This document shows, in pieces, positions 43,801 through 58,900 of a stretch of DNA of 64,000 nucleotides. The position numbers and the translations under genes are program-made. Numbering within the stretch: the stretch's first letter is position 1; each line of letters opens with the position of its first letter. Below the pieces are notes generated by a model, which was not told where the DNA came from, searched no databases, and saw only the letters and a list, made by a program, of their open reading frames with translations. Origin of the DNA: Eledone cirrhosa (Eukaryota); NCBI GenBank assembly GCA_964016885.1, contig OZ024754.1, positions 34,844,001-34,908,000 on the forward strand, read 5' to 3'.

Positions 43801-46800
43801 AGTGTATACAGAAAGAAACTAAAGAATGTTGATGAAGTGTATACAGAAAGAAACTAAAGAATGTTGATGAAGTGTATACAGAAAGAAACTAAAGAATGTA
43901 GATGTAGTGTATATAGAAAGAAACTAAAGAATGTAGATGAAGTGTATACAGAATGAAACTAAAGAATGTAGATGAAGTGTATACAGAAAGAAACTAAAGA
44001 ATGTTGATGAAGTGTATATAGAAAGAAACTAAAGAATGTTGATGAAGTGTATACAGAAAGAAACTAAAGAATGTAGATGAAGTGTATATAGAAAGAAACT
44101 AAAGAATGTAGATGTAGTGTATATAGAAAGAAACTAAAGAATGTAGATGAAGTGTATATAGAAAGAAACTAAAGAATGTAGATGTAGTGTATATAGAAAG
44201 AAACTAAAGAATGTTGATGAAGTGTATATAGAAGGAAACTAAAGAATGTTGATGAAGTGTATATAGAAAGAAACTAAAGAATGTAGATGAAGTGTATACA
44301 GAAAGAAACTAAAGAATGTAGATGAAGTGTATACAGAAAGAAACTAAAGAATGTTGATGAAGTGTATACAGAAAGAAACTAAAGAATGTTGATGAAGTGT
44401 ATACAGAAAGAAACTAAAGAATGTTGATGAAGTGTATACAGAAAGAAACTAAAGAATGTAGATGAAGTGTATACAGAAAGAAATTAAAGAATGTAGATGA
44501 AGTGTATACAGAAAGAAACTAAAGAATGTAGATGAAGTGTATACAGAAAGAAACTAAAGAATGTAGATGAAGCGTATACAGAAAGAAACTAAAGAATGTT
44601 GATGAAGTGTATACAGAATGAAACTAAAGAATGTTGATGAAGTGTATATAGAAAGAAACTAAAGAATGTTGATGAAGTGTATATAGAAAGAAACTAAAGA
44701 ATGTAGATGAAGTGTATACAGAAAGAAACTAAAGAATGTTGATGAAGTGTATATAGAAAGAAACTAAATAATGTTGATGAAGTGTATACAGAAAGAAACT
44801 AAAGAATGTTGATGAAGTGTATACAGAAAGAAACTAAAGAATGTAGATGAAGTGTATACAGAAAGAAACTAAAGAATGTTGATGAAGTGTATACAGAAAG
44901 AAACTAAAGAATGTTGATGAAGTGTATACAGAAAGAAACTAAAGAATGTAGATGAAGTGTATATAGAAAGAAACTAAAGAATGTTGATGAAGTGTATATA
45001 GAAAGAAACTAAAGAATGTTGATGAAGTGTATATAGAAAGAAACTAAAGAATGTAGATGAAGTGTAAATAGAAAGAAACTAAAGAATGTAGATGAAGTGT
45101 ATACAGAAAGAAACTAAAGAATGTTGATGAAGTGTATATAGAAAGAAACTAAAGAATGTAGATGAAGTGTATATAGAAAGAAACTAAAGAATGTTGATGA
45201 AGTGTATATAGAAAGAAACTAAAGAATGTTGATGAAGTGTATATAGAAAAAAACTAAAGAATGTAGATGAAGTGTATATAGAAAGAAACTAAAGAATGTA
45301 GATGAAGTGTATACAGAAAGAAACTAAAGAATGTAGATGAAGTGTATATAGAAAGAAACTAAAGAATGTAGATGTAGTGTATATAGAAAGAAACTAAAGA
45401 ATGTTGATGAAGTGTATACAGAAAGAAACTAAAGAATGTAGATGAAGTGTATATAGAAAGAAACTATAGAATGTAGATGAAGTGTATACAGAAAGAAACT
45501 AAAGAATGTAGATGAAGTGTATATAGAAAGAAACTAAAGAATGTTGATGAAGTGTATATAGAAAGAAACTAAAGAATGTAGATGAAGTGTATATAGAAAG
45601 AAACTAAAGAATGTAGATGTAGTGTATATAGAAAGAAACTAAAGAATGTTGATGAAGTGTATATAGAAAGAAACTAAAGAATGTAGATGAAGTGTATATA
45701 GAAAGAAACTAAAGAATGTAGATGAAGTGTATACAGAATGAAACTAAAGAATGTAGATGAAGTGTATACAGAAAGAAACTAAAGAATGTTGATGAAGTGT
45801 ATATAGAAAGAAACTAAAGAATGTTGATGAAGTGTATACAGAAAGAAACTAAGGAATGTAGATGAAGTGTATATAGAAAGAAACTAAAGAATGTAGATGT
45901 AGTGTATATTGAAAGAAACTAAAGAATGTAGATGAAGTGTATATAGAAAGAAACTAAAGAATGTAGATGTAGTGTATATAGAAAGAAACTAAAGAATGTT
46001 GATGAAGTGTATATAGAAAGAAACTAAAGAATGTTGATGAAGTGTATATAGAAAGAAACTAAAGAATGTAGATGAAGTGTATACAGAAAGAAACTAAAGA
46101 ATGTAGATGAAGTGTATACAGAAAGAAACTAAAGAATGTTGATGAAGTGTATACAGAAAGAAACTAAAGAATGTAGATGAAGTGTATACAGAAAGAAACT
46201 AAAGAATGTTGATGAAGTGTATACAGAAAGAAACTAAAGAATGTTGATGAAGTGTATACAGAAAGAAACTAAAGAATGTAGATGAAGTGTATATAGAAAG
46301 AAACTAAAGAATGTTGATGAAGTGTATATAGAAAGAAACTAAAGAATGTTGATGAAGTGTATATAGAAAGAAACTAAAGAATGTAGATGAAGTGTAAATA
46401 GAAAGAAACTAAAGAATGTAGATGAAGTGTATACAGAAAGAAACTAAAGAATGTTGATGAAGTGTATATAGAAAGAAACTAAAGAATGTAGATGAAGTGT
46501 ATATAGAAAGAAACTAAAGAATGTTGATGAAGTGTATACAGAAAGAAACTAAAGAATGTAGATGAAGTGTATATAGAAAGAAACTAAAGAATGTAGATGA
46601 AGTGTATACAGAAAGAAACTAAAGAATGTAGATGAAGTGTATATAGAAAGAAACTAAAGAATGTTGATGAAGTGTATATAGAAAGAAACTAAAGAATGTA
46701 GATGAAGTGTATATAGAAAGAAACTAAAGAATGTAGATGTAGTGTATATAGAAAGAAACTAAAGAATGTAGATGAAGTGTATACAGAAAGAAACTAAAGA

Positions 46801-49800
46801 ATGTTGATGAAGTGTATATAGAAAGAAACTAAAGAATGTTGATGAAGTGTATACAGAAAGAAACTAAGGAATGTAGATGAAGTGTATACAGAAAGAAACT
46901 AAAGAATGTTGATGAAGTGTATATAGAAAGAAACTAAAGAATGTTGATGAAGTGTATACAGAAAGAAACTAAGGAATGTAGATGAAGTGTATATAGAAAG
47001 AAACTAAAGAATGTAGATGTAGTGTATATTGAAAGAAACTAAAGAATGTAGATGAAGTGTATATAGAAAGAAACTAAAGAATGTAGATGTAGTGTATATA
47101 GAAAGAAACTAAAGAATGTTGATGAAGTGTATATAGAAAGAAACTAAAGAATGTTGATGAAGTGTATATAGAAAGAAACTAAAGAATGTAGATGAAGTGT
47201 ATACAGAAAGAAACTAAAGAATGTAGATGAAGTGTATACAGAAAGAAACTAAAGAATGTTGATGAAGTGTATACAGAAAGAAACTAAAGAATGTTGATGA
47301 AGTGTATACAGAAAGAAACTAAAGAATGTTGATGAAGTGTATACAGAAAGAAACTAAAGAATGTAGATGTAGTGTATATAGAAAGAAACTAAAGAATGTA
47401 GATGAAGTGTATACAGAATGAAACTAAAGAATGTAGATGAAGTGTATACAGAAAGAAACTAAAGAATGTTGATGAAGTGTATATAGAAAGAAACTAAAGA
47501 ATGTTGATGAAGTGTATACAGAAAGAAACTAAAGAATGTAGATGAAGTGTATATAGAAAGAAACTAAAGAATGTAGATGTAGTGTATATAGAAAGAAACT
47601 AAAGAATGTAGATGAAGTGTATATAGAAAGAAACTAAAGAATGTAGATGTAGTGTATATAGAAAGAAACTAAAGAATGTTGATGAAGTGTATATAGAAAG
47701 AAACTAAAGAATGTTGATGAAGTGTATATAGAAAGAAACTAAAGAATGTAGATGAAGTGTATACAGAAAGAAACTAAAGAATGTAGATGAAGTGTATACA
47801 GAAAGAAACTAAAGAATGTTGATGAAGTGTATACAGAAAGAAACTAAAGAATGTTGATGAAGTGTATACAGAAAGAAACTAAAGAATGTTGATGAAGTGT
47901 ATACAGAAAGAAACTAAAGAATGTAGATGAAGTGTATACAGAAAGAAATTAAAGAATGTAGATGAAGTGTATACAGAAAGAAACTAAAGAATGTAGATGA
48001 AGTGTATACAGAAAGAAACTAAAGAATGTAGATGAAGCGTATACAGAAAGAAACTAAAGAATGTTGATGAAGTGTATACAGAATGAAACTAAAGAATGTT
48101 GATGAAGTGTATATAGAAAGAAACTAAAGAATGTTGATGAAGTGTATATAGAAAGAAACTAAAGAATGTAGATGAAGTGTATACAGAAAGAAACTAAAGA
48201 ATGTTGATGAAGTGTATATAGAAAGAAACTAAATAATGTTGATGAAGTGTATACAGAAAGAAACTAAAGAATGTTGATGAAGTGTATACAGAAAGAAACT
48301 AAAGAATGTAGATGAAGTGTATACAGAAAGAAACTAAAGAATGTTGATGAAGTGTATACAGAAAGAAACTAAAGAATGTTGATGAAGTGTATACAGAAAG
48401 AAACTAAAGAATGTAGATGAAGTGTATATAGAAAGAAACTAAAGAATGTTGATGAAGTGTATATAGAAAGAAACTAAAGAATGTTGATGAAGTGTATATA
48501 GAAAGAAACTAAAGAATGTAGATGAAGTGTAAATAGAAAGAAACTAAAGAATGTAGATGAAGTGTATACAGAAAGAAACTAAAGAATGTTGATGAAGTGT
48601 ATATAGAAAGAAACTAAAGAATGTAGATGAAGTGTATATAGAAAGAAACTAAAGAATGTTGATGAAGTGTATATAGAAAGAAACTAAAGAATGTTGATGA
48701 AGTGTATATAGAAAAAAACTAAAGAATGTAGATGAAGTGTATATAGAAAGAAACTAAAGAATGTAGATGAAGTGTATACAGAAAGAAACTAAAGAATGTT
48801 GATGAAGTGTATACAGAAAGAAACTAAAGAATGTAGATGAAGTGTATATAGAAAGAAACTAAAGAATGTTGATGAAGTGTATATAGAAAGAAACTAAAGA
48901 ATGTAGATGTAGTGTATATAGAAAGAAACTAAAGAATGTTGATGAAGTGTATATAGAAAGAAACTAAATAATGTTGATGAAGTGTATACAGAAAGAAACT
49001 AAAGAATGTAGATGAAGTGTATATAGAAAGAAACTAAAGAATATTAATAAAGTGTATATAGAAAGAAACTAAAGAATGTTGATGAAGTGTATATAGAAAG
49101 AAACTAAAGAATGTAGATGAAGTGTATATAGAAAGAAACTAAAGAATGTTGATGAAGTGTATATAGAAAGAAACTAAAGAATGTTGATGAAGTGTATATA
49201 GAAAGAAACTAAAGAATGTAGATGAAGTGTATATAGAAAGAAACTAAAGAATGTAGATGAAGTGTATACAGAAAGAAACTAAAGAATGTTGATGAAGTGT
49301 ATACAGAAAGAAACTAAAGAATGTAGATGAAGTGTATATAGAAAGAAACTAAAGAATGTTGATGAAGTGTATATAGAAAGAAACTAAAGAATGTTGATGA
49401 AGTGTATATAGAAAGAAACTAAAGAATGTAGATGAAGTGTATATAGAAAGAAACTAAAGAATGTAGATGAAGTGTATACAGAAAGAAACTAAAGAATGTT
49501 GATGAAGTGTATACAGAAAGAAACTAAAGAATGTAGATGAAGTGTATATAGAAAGAAACTAAAGAATGTTGATGAAGTGTATATAGAAAGAAACTAAAGA
49601 ATGTAGATGAAGTGTATATAGAAAGAAACTAAAGAATGTAGATGAAGTGTATACAGAAAGAAACTAAAGAATGTTGATGAAGTGTATACAGAAACAAACT
49701 AAAGAATGTAGATGAAGTGTATATAGAAAGAAACTAAAGAATGTTGATGAAGTGTATATAGAATTAAACTAAAGAATGTTGATGAAGTGTATATAGAAAG

Positions 49801-52800
49801 AAACTAAAGAATGTAGATGAAGTGTATATAGAAAGAAACTAAAGAATGTAGATGAAGTGTATACAGAAAGAAACTAAAGAATGTTGATGAAGTGTATACA
49901 GAAAGAAACTAAAGAATGTAGATGAAGTGTATATAGAAAGAAACTAAAGAATGTAGATGTAGTGTATATAGAAAGAAACTAAAGAATGTTGATGAAGTGT
50001 ATACAGAAAGAAACTAAAGAATGTAGATGAAGTGTATATAGAAAGAAACTAAAGAATGTAGATGAAGTGTATACAGAAAGAAACTAAAGAATGTAGATGA
50101 AGTGTATATAGAAAGAAACTAAAGAATGTTGATGAAGTGTATATAGAAAGAAACTAAAGAATGTAGATGAAGTGTATATAGAAAGAAACTAAAGAATGTA
50201 GATGTAGTGTATATAGAAAGAAACTAAAGAATGTTGATGAAGTGTATATAGAAAGAAACTAAAGAATGTAGATGAAGTGTATATAGAAAGAAACTAAAGA
50301 ATGTAGATGAAGTGTATACAGAATGAAACTAAAGAATGTAGATGAAGTGTATACAGAAAGAAACTAAAGAATGTTGATGAAGTGTATATAGAAAGAAACT
50401 AAAGAATGTTGATGAAGTGTATACAGAAAGAAACTAAGGAATGTAGATGAAGTGTATATAGAAAGAAACTAAAGAATGTAGATGTAGTGTATATTGAAAG
50501 AAACTAAAGAATGTAGATGAAGTGTATATAGAAAGAAACTAAAGAATGTAGATGTAGTGTATATAGAAAGAAACTAAAGAATGTTGATGAAGTGTATATA
50601 GAAAGAAACTAAAGAATGTTGATGAAGTGTATATAGAAAGAAACTAAAGAATGTAGATGAAGTGTATACAGAAAGAAACTAAAGAATGTAGATGAAGTGT
50701 ATACAGAAAGAAACTAAAGAATGTTGATGAAGTGTATACAGAAAGAAACTAAAGAATGTAGATGAAGTGTATACAGAAAGAAACTAAAGAATGTTGATGA
50801 AGTGTATACAGAAAGAAACTAAAGAATGTTGATGAAGTGTATACAGAAAGAAACTAAAGAATGTAGATGAAGTGTATATAGAAAGAAACTAAAGAATGTT
50901 GATGAAGTGTATATAGAAAGAAACTAAAGAATGTTGATGAAGTGTATATAGAAAGAAACTAAAGAATGTAGATGAAGTGTAAATAGAAAGAAACTAAAGA
51001 ATGTAGATGAAGTGTATACAGAAAGAAACTAAAGAATGTTGATGAAGTGTATATAGAAAGAAACTAAAGAATGTAGATGAAGTGTATATAGAAAGAAACT
51101 AAAGAATGTTGATGAAGTGTATATAGAAAGAAACTAAAGAATGTTGATGAAGTGTATATAGAAAAAAACTAAAGAATGTAGATGAAGTGTATACAGAAAG
51201 AAACTAAAGAATGTAGATGAAGTGTATACAGAAAGAAACTAAAGAATGTTGATGAAGTGTATACAGAAAGAAACTAAAGAATGTAGATGAAGTGTATATA
51301 GAAAGAAACTAAAGAATGTTGATGAAGTGTATATAGAAAGAAACTAAAGAATGTAGATGTAGTGTATATAGAAAGAAACTAAAGAATGTTGATGAAGTGT
51401 ATATAGAAAGAAACTAAATAATGTTGATGAAGTGTATACAGAAAGAAACTAAAGAATGTAGATGAAGTGTATATAGAAAGAAACTAAAGAATATTAATAA
51501 AGTGTATATAGAAAGAAACTAAAGAATGTTGATGAAGTGTATATAGAAAGAAACTAAAGAATGTAGATGAAGTGTATATAGAAAGAAACTAAAGAATGTT
51601 GATGAAGTGTATATAGAAAGAAACTAAAGAATGTTGATGAAGTGTATATAGAAAGAAACTAAAGAATGTAGATGAAGTGTATATAGAAAGAAACTAAAGA
51701 ATGTAGATGAAGTGTATACAGAAAGAAACTAAAGAATGTTGATGAAGTGTATACAGAAAGAAACTAAAGAATGTAGATGAAGTGTATATAGAAAGAAACT
51801 AAAGAATGTTGATGAAGTGTATATAGAAAGAAACTAAAGAATGTTGATGAAGTGTATATAGAAAGAAACTAAAGAATGTAGATGAAGTGTATATAGAAAG
51901 AAACTAAAGAATGTAGATGAAGTGTATACAGAAAGAAACTAAAGAATGTTGATGAAGTGTATACAGAAAGAAACTAAAGAATGTAGATGAAGTGTATATA
52001 GAAAGAAACTAAAGAATGTTGATGAAGTGTATATAGAAAGAAACTAAAGAATGTAGATGAAGTGTATATAGAAAGAAACTAAAGAATGTAGATGAAGTGT
52101 ATACAGAAAGAAACTAAAGAATGTTGATGAAGTGTATACAGAAACAAACTAAAGAATGTAGATGAAGTGTATATAGAAAGAAACTAAAGAATGTTGATGA
52201 AGTGTATATAGAATTAAACTAAAGAATGTTGATGAAGTGTATATAGAAAGAAACTAAAGAATGTAGATGAAGTGTATATAGAAAGAAACTAAAGAATGTA
52301 GATGAAGTGTATACAGAAAGAAACTAAAGAATGTTGATGAAGTGTATACAGAAAGAAACTAAAGAATGTAGATGAAGTGTATATAGAAAGAAACTAAAGA
52401 ATGTAGATGTAGTGTATATAGAAAGAAACTAAAGAATGTTGATGAAGTGTATACAGAAAGAAACTAAAGAATGTAGATGAAGTGTATATAGAAAGAAACT
52501 AAAGAATGTAGATGAAGTGTATACAGAAAGAAACTAAAGAATGTAGATGAAGTGTATATAGAAAGAAACTAAAGAATGTTGATGAAGTGTATATAGAAAG
52601 AAACTAAAGAATGTAGATGAAGTGTATATAGAAAGAAACTAAAGAATGTAGATGTAGTGTATATAGAAAGAAACTAAAGAATGTTGATGAAGTGTATATA
52701 GAAAGAAACTAAAGAATGTAGATGAAGTGTATATAGAAAGAAACTAAAGAATGTAGATGAAGTGTATACAGAATGAAACTAAAGAATGTAGATGAAGTGT

Positions 52801-55800
52801 ATACAGAAAGAAACTAAAGAATGTTGATGAAGTGTATATAGAAAGAAACTAAAGAATGTTGATGAAGTGTATACAGAAAGAAACTAAGGAATGTAGATGA
52901 AGTGTATATAGAAAGAAACTAAAGAATGTAGATGTAGTGTATATTGAAAGAAACTAAAGAATGTAGATGAAGTGTATATAGAAAGAAACTAAAGAATGTA
53001 GATGTAGTGTATATAGAAAGAAACTAAAGAATGTTGATGAAGTGTATATAGAAAGAAACTAAAGAATGTTGATGAAGTGTATATAGAAAGAAACTAAAGA
53101 ATGTAGATGAAGTGTATACAGAAAGAAACTAAAGAATGTAGATGAAGTGTATACAGAAAGAAACTAAAGAATGTTGATGAAGTGTATACAGAAAGAAACT
53201 AAAGAATGTTGATGAAGTGTATACAGAAAGAAACTAAAGAATGTTGATGAAGTGTATACAGAAAGAAACTAAAGAATGTAGATGTAGTGTATATAGAAAG
53301 AAACTAAAGAATGTAGATGAAGTGTATACAGAATGAAACCAAAGAATGTAGATGAAGTGTATACAGAAAGAAACTAAAGAATGTTGATGAAGTGTATATA
53401 GAAAGAAACTAAAGAATGTTGATGAAGTGTATACAGAAAGAAACTAAAGAATGTAGATGAAGTGTATATAGAAAGAAACTAAAGAATGTAGATGTAGTGT
53501 ATATAGAAAGAAACTAAAGAATGTAGATGAAGTGTATATAGAAAGAAACTAAAGAATGTAGATGTAGTGTATATAGAAAGAAACTAAAGAATGTTGATGA
53601 AGTGTATATAGAAGGAAACTAAAGAATGTTGATGAAGTGTATATAGAAAGAAACTAAAGAATGTAGATGAAGTGTATACAGAAAGAAACTAAAGAATGTA
53701 GATGAAGTGTATACAGAAAGAAACTAAAGAATGTTGATGAAGTGTATACAGAAAGAAACTAAAGAATGTTGATGAAGTGTATACAGAAAGAAACTAAAGA
53801 ATGTTGATGAAGTGTATACAGAAAGAAACTAAAGAATGTAGATGAAGTGTATACAGAAAGAAATTAAAGAATGTAGATGAAGTGTATACAGAAAGAAACT
53901 AAAGAATGTAGATGAAGTGTATACAGAAAGAAACTAAAGAATGTAGATGAAGCGTATACAGAAAGAAACTAAAGAATGTTGATGAAGTGTATACAGAATG
54001 AAACTAAAGAATGTTGATGAAGTGTATATAGAAAGAAACTAAAGAATGTTGATGAAGTGTATATAGAAAGAAACTAAAGAATGTAGATGAAGTGTATACA
54101 GAAAGAAACTAAAGAATGTTGATGAAGTGTATATAGAAAGAAACTAAATAATGTTGATGAAGTGTATACAGAAAGAAACTAAAGAATGTTGATGAAGTGT
54201 ATACAGAAAGAAACTAAAGAATGTAGATGAAGTGTATACAGAAAGAAACTAAAGAATGTTGATGAAGTGTATACAGAAAGAAACTAAAGAATGTTGATGA
54301 AGTGTATACAGAAAGAAACTAAAGAATGTAGATGAAGTGTATATAGAAAGAAACTAAAGAATGTTGATGAAGTGTATATAGAAAGAAACTAAAGAATGTT
54401 GATGAAGTGTATATAGAAAGAAACTAAAGAATGTAGATGAAGTGTAAATAGAAAGAAACTAAAGAATGTAGATGAAGTGTATACAGAAAGAAACTAAAGA
54501 ATGTTGATGAAGTGTATATAGAAAGAAACTAAAGAATGTAGATGAAGTGTATATAGAAAGAAACTAAAGAATGTTGATGAAGTGTATATAGAAAGAAACT
54601 AAAGAATGTTGATGAAGTGTATATAGAAAAAAACTAAAGAATGTAGATGAAGTGTATATAGAAAGAAACTAAAGAATGTAGATGAAGTGTATACAGAAAG
54701 AAACTAAAGAATGTAGATGAAGTGTATATAGAAAGAAACTAAAGAATGTAGATGTAGTGTATATAGAAAGAAACTAAAGAATGTTGATGAAGTGTATACA
54801 GAAAGAAACTAAAGAATGTAGATGAAGTGTATATAGAAAGAAACTAAAGAATGTAGATGAAGTGTATACAGAAAGAAACTAAAGAATGTAGATGAAGTGT
54901 ATATAGAAAGAAACTAAAGAATGTTGATGAAGTGTATATAGAAAGAAACTAAAGAATGTAGATGAAGTGTATATAGAAAGAAACTAAAGAATGTAGATGT
55001 AGTGTATATAGAAAGAAACTAAAGAATGTTGATGAAGTGTATATAGAAAGAAACTAAAGAATGTAGATGAAGTGTATATAGAAAGAAACTAAAGAATGTA
55101 GATGAAGTGTATACAGAATGAAACTAAAGAATGTAGATGAAGTGTATACAGAAAGAAACTAAAGAATGTTGATGAAGTGTATATAGAAAGAAACTAAAGA
55201 ATGTTGATGAAGTGTATACAGAAAGAAACTAAGGAATGTAGATGAAGTGTATATAGAAAGAAACTAAAGAATGTAGATGTAGTGTATATTGAAAGAAACT
55301 AAAGAATGTAGATGAAGTGTATATAGAAAGAAACTAAAGAATGTAGATGTAGTGTATATAGAAAGAAACTAAAGAATGTTGATGAAGTGTATATAGAAAG
55401 AAACTAAAGAATGTTGATGAAGTGTATATAGAAAGAAACTAAAGAATGTAGATGAAGTGTATACAGAAAGAAACTAAAGAATGTAGATGAAGTGTATACA
55501 GAAAGAAACTAAAGAATGTTGATGAAGTGTATACAGAAAGAAACTAAAGAATGTAGATGAAGTGTATACAGAAAGAAACTAAAGAATGTTGATGAAGTGT
55601 ATACAGAAAGAAACTAAAGAATGTTGATGAAGTGTATACAGAAAGAAACTAAAGAATGTAGATGAAGTGTATATAGAAAGAAACTAAAGAATGTTGATGA
55701 AGTGTATATAGAAAGAAACTAAAGAATGTTGATGAAGTGTATATAGAAAGAAACTAAAGAATGTAGATGAAGTGTAAATAGAAAGAAACTAAAGAATGTA

Positions 55801-55900
55801 GATGAAGTGTATACAGAAAGAAACTAAAGAATGTTGATGAAGTGTATATAGAAAGAAACTAAAGAATGTAGATGAAGTGTATATAGAAAGAAACTAAAGA
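37120..55900. repeat. Large tandem duplication, period 9,380 bp (268 monomers)
   Basis: Markers pair at +9380: aaactaagga 37481/46861, tattaataa 39662/49042 and 42112/51492, gaaggaaact 44231/53611, aaattaaaga 44481/53861. The match breaks just before ~37120 and at 46539/55919. Confidence 0.92.
38850..43790. repeat. Tandem block duplication, period 2,450 bp (70 monomers), nested in the 9,380-bp unit and present again at about 48230-53170
   Basis: Markers pair at +2450: gaaaaaaact 39331/41781, tattaataa 39662/42112, gaaacaaact 40311/42761, aaactaagga 41051/43501. The same spacing recurs at 49042/51492. Confidence 0.9.
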
Positions 55901-58900
55901 ATGTTGATGAAGTGTATATAGAAAGAAACTAAAGAATGTTGATGAAGTGTATATAGAAAAAAACTAAAGAATGTAGATGAAGTGTATATAGAAAGAAACT
56001 AAAGAATGTAGATGAAGTGTATACAGAAAGAAACTAAAGAATGTTGATGAAGTGTATACAGAAAGAAACTAAAGAATGTAGATGAAGTGTATATAGAAAG
56101 AAACTAAAGAATGTTGATGAAGTGTATATAGAAAGAAACTAAAGAATGTTGATGAAGTGTATATAGAAAGAAACTAAAGAATGTAGATGAAGTGTATATA
56201 GAAAGAAACTAAAGAATGTAGATGAAGTGTATACAGAAAGAAACTAAAGAATGTTGATGAAGTGTATACAGAAAGAAACTAAAGAATGTAGATGAAGTGT
56301 ATATAGAAAGAAACTAAAGAATGTTGATGAAGTGTATATAGAAAGAAACTAAAGAATGTAGATGAAGTGTATATAGAAAGAAACTAAAGAATGTAGATGA
56401 AGTGTATACAGAAAGAAACTAAAGAATGTTGATGAAGTGTATACAGAAACAAACTAAAGAATGTAGATGAAGTGTATATAGAAAGAAACTAAAGAATGTT
56501 GATGAAGTGTATATAGAATTAAACTAAAGAATGTTGATGAAGTGTATATAGAAAGAAACTAAAGAATGTAGATGAAGTGTATATAGAAAGAAACTAAAGA
56601 ATGTAGATGAAGTGTATACAGAAAGAAACTAAAGAATGTTGATGAAGTGTATACAGAAAGAAACTAAAGAATGTAGATGAAGTGTATATAGAAAGAAACT
56701 AAAGAATGTAGATGTAGTGTATATAGAAAGAAACTAAAGAATGTTGATGAAGTGTATACAGAAAGAAACTAAAGAATGTAGATGAAGTGTATATAGAAAG
56801 AAACTAAAGAATGTAGATGAAGTGTATACAGAAAGAAACTAAAGAATGTAGATGAAGTGTATATAGAAAGAAACTAAAGAATGTTGATGAAGTGTATATA
56901 GAAAGAAACTAAAGAATGTAGATGAAGTGTATATAGAAAGAAACTAAAGAATGTAGATGTAGTGTATATAGAAAGAAACTAAAGAATGTTGATGAAGTGT
57001 ATATAGAAAGAAACTAAAGAATGTAGATGAAGTGTATATAGAAAGAAACTAAAGAATGTAGATGAAGTGTATACAGAATGAAACTAAAGAATGTAGATGA
57101 AGTGTATACAGAAAGAAACTAAAGAATGTTGATGAAGTGTATATAGAAAGAAACTAAAGAATGTTGATGAAGTGTATACAGAAAGAAACTAAGGAATGTA
57201 GATGAAGTGTATATAGAAAGAAACTAAAGAATGTAGATGTAGTGTATATTGAAAGAAACTAAAGAATGTAGATGAAGTGTATATAGAAAGAAACTAAAGA
57301 ATGTAGATGTAGTGTATATAGAAAGAAACTAAAGAATGTTGATGAAGTGTATATAGAAAGAAACTAAAGAATGTTGATGAAGTGTATATAGAAAGAAACT
57401 AAAGAATGTAGATGAAGTGTATACAGAAAGAAACTAAAGAATGTAGATGAAGTGTATACAGAAAGAAACTAAAGAATGTTGATGAAGTGTATACAGAAAG
57501 AAACTAAAGAATGTTGATGAAGTGTATACAGAAAGAAACTAAAGAATGTTGATGAAGTGTATACAGAAAGAAACTAAAGAATGTAGATGTAGTGTATATA
57601 GAAAGAAACTAAAGAATGTAGATGAAGTGTATACAGAATGAAACTAAAGAATGTAGATGAAGTGTATACAGAAAGAAACTAAAGAATGTTGATGAAGTGT
57701 ATATAGAAAGAAACTAAAGAATGTTGATGAAGTGTATACAGAAAGAAACTAAAGAATGTAGATGAAGTGTATATAGAAAGAAACTAAAGAATGTAGATGT
57801 AGTGTATATAGAAAGAAACTAAAGAATGTAGATGAAGTGTATATAGAAAGAAACTAAAGAATGTAGATGTAGTGTATATAGAAAGAAACTAAAGAATGTT
57901 GATGAAGTGTATATAGAAGGAAACTAAAGAATGTTGATGAAGTGTATATAGAAAGAAACTAAAGAATGTAGATGAAGTATATACAGAAAGAAACTAAAGA
58001 ATGTAGATGAAGTGTATACAGAAAGAAACTAAAGAATGTTGATGAAGTGTATACAGAAAGAAACTAAAGAATGTTGATGAAGTGTATACAGAAAGAAACT
58101 AAAGAATGTTGATGAAGTGTATACAGAAAGAAACTAAAGAATGTAGATGAAGTGTATATAGAAAGAAACTAAAGAATGTTGATGAAGTGTATATAGAAAG
58201 AAACTAAAGAATGTTGATGAAGTGTATATAGAAAAAAACTAAAGAATGTAGATGAAGTGTATATAGAAAGAAACTAAAGAATGTAGATGAAGTGTATACA
58301 GAAAGAAACTAAAGAATGTTGATGAAGTGTATACAGAAAGAAACTAAAGAATGTAGATGAAGTGTATATAGAAAGAAACTAAAGAATGTTGATGAAGTGT
58401 ATATAGAAAGAAACTAAAGAATGTTGATGAAGTGTATATAGAAAGAAACTAAAGAATGTAGATGAAGTGTATATAGAAAGAAACTAAAGAATGTAGATGA
58501 AGTGTATACAGAAAGAAACTAAAGAATGTTGATGAAGTGTATACAGAAAGAAACTAAAGAATGTAGATGAAGTGTATATAGAAAGAAACTAAAGAATGTT
58601 GATGAAGTGTATATAGAAAGAAACTAAAGAATGTAGATGAAGTGTATATAGAAAGAAACTAAAGAATGTAGATGAAGTGTATACAGAAAGAAACTAAAGA
58701 ATGTTGATGAAGTGTATACAGAAACAAACTAAAGAATGTAGATGAAGTGTATATAGAAAGAAACTAAAGAATGTTGATGAAGTGTATATAGAATTAAACT
58801 AAAGAATGTTGATGAAGTGTATATAGAAAGAAACTAAAGAATGTAGATGAAGTGTATATAGAAAGAAACTAAAGAATGTAGATGAAGTGTATACAGAAAG

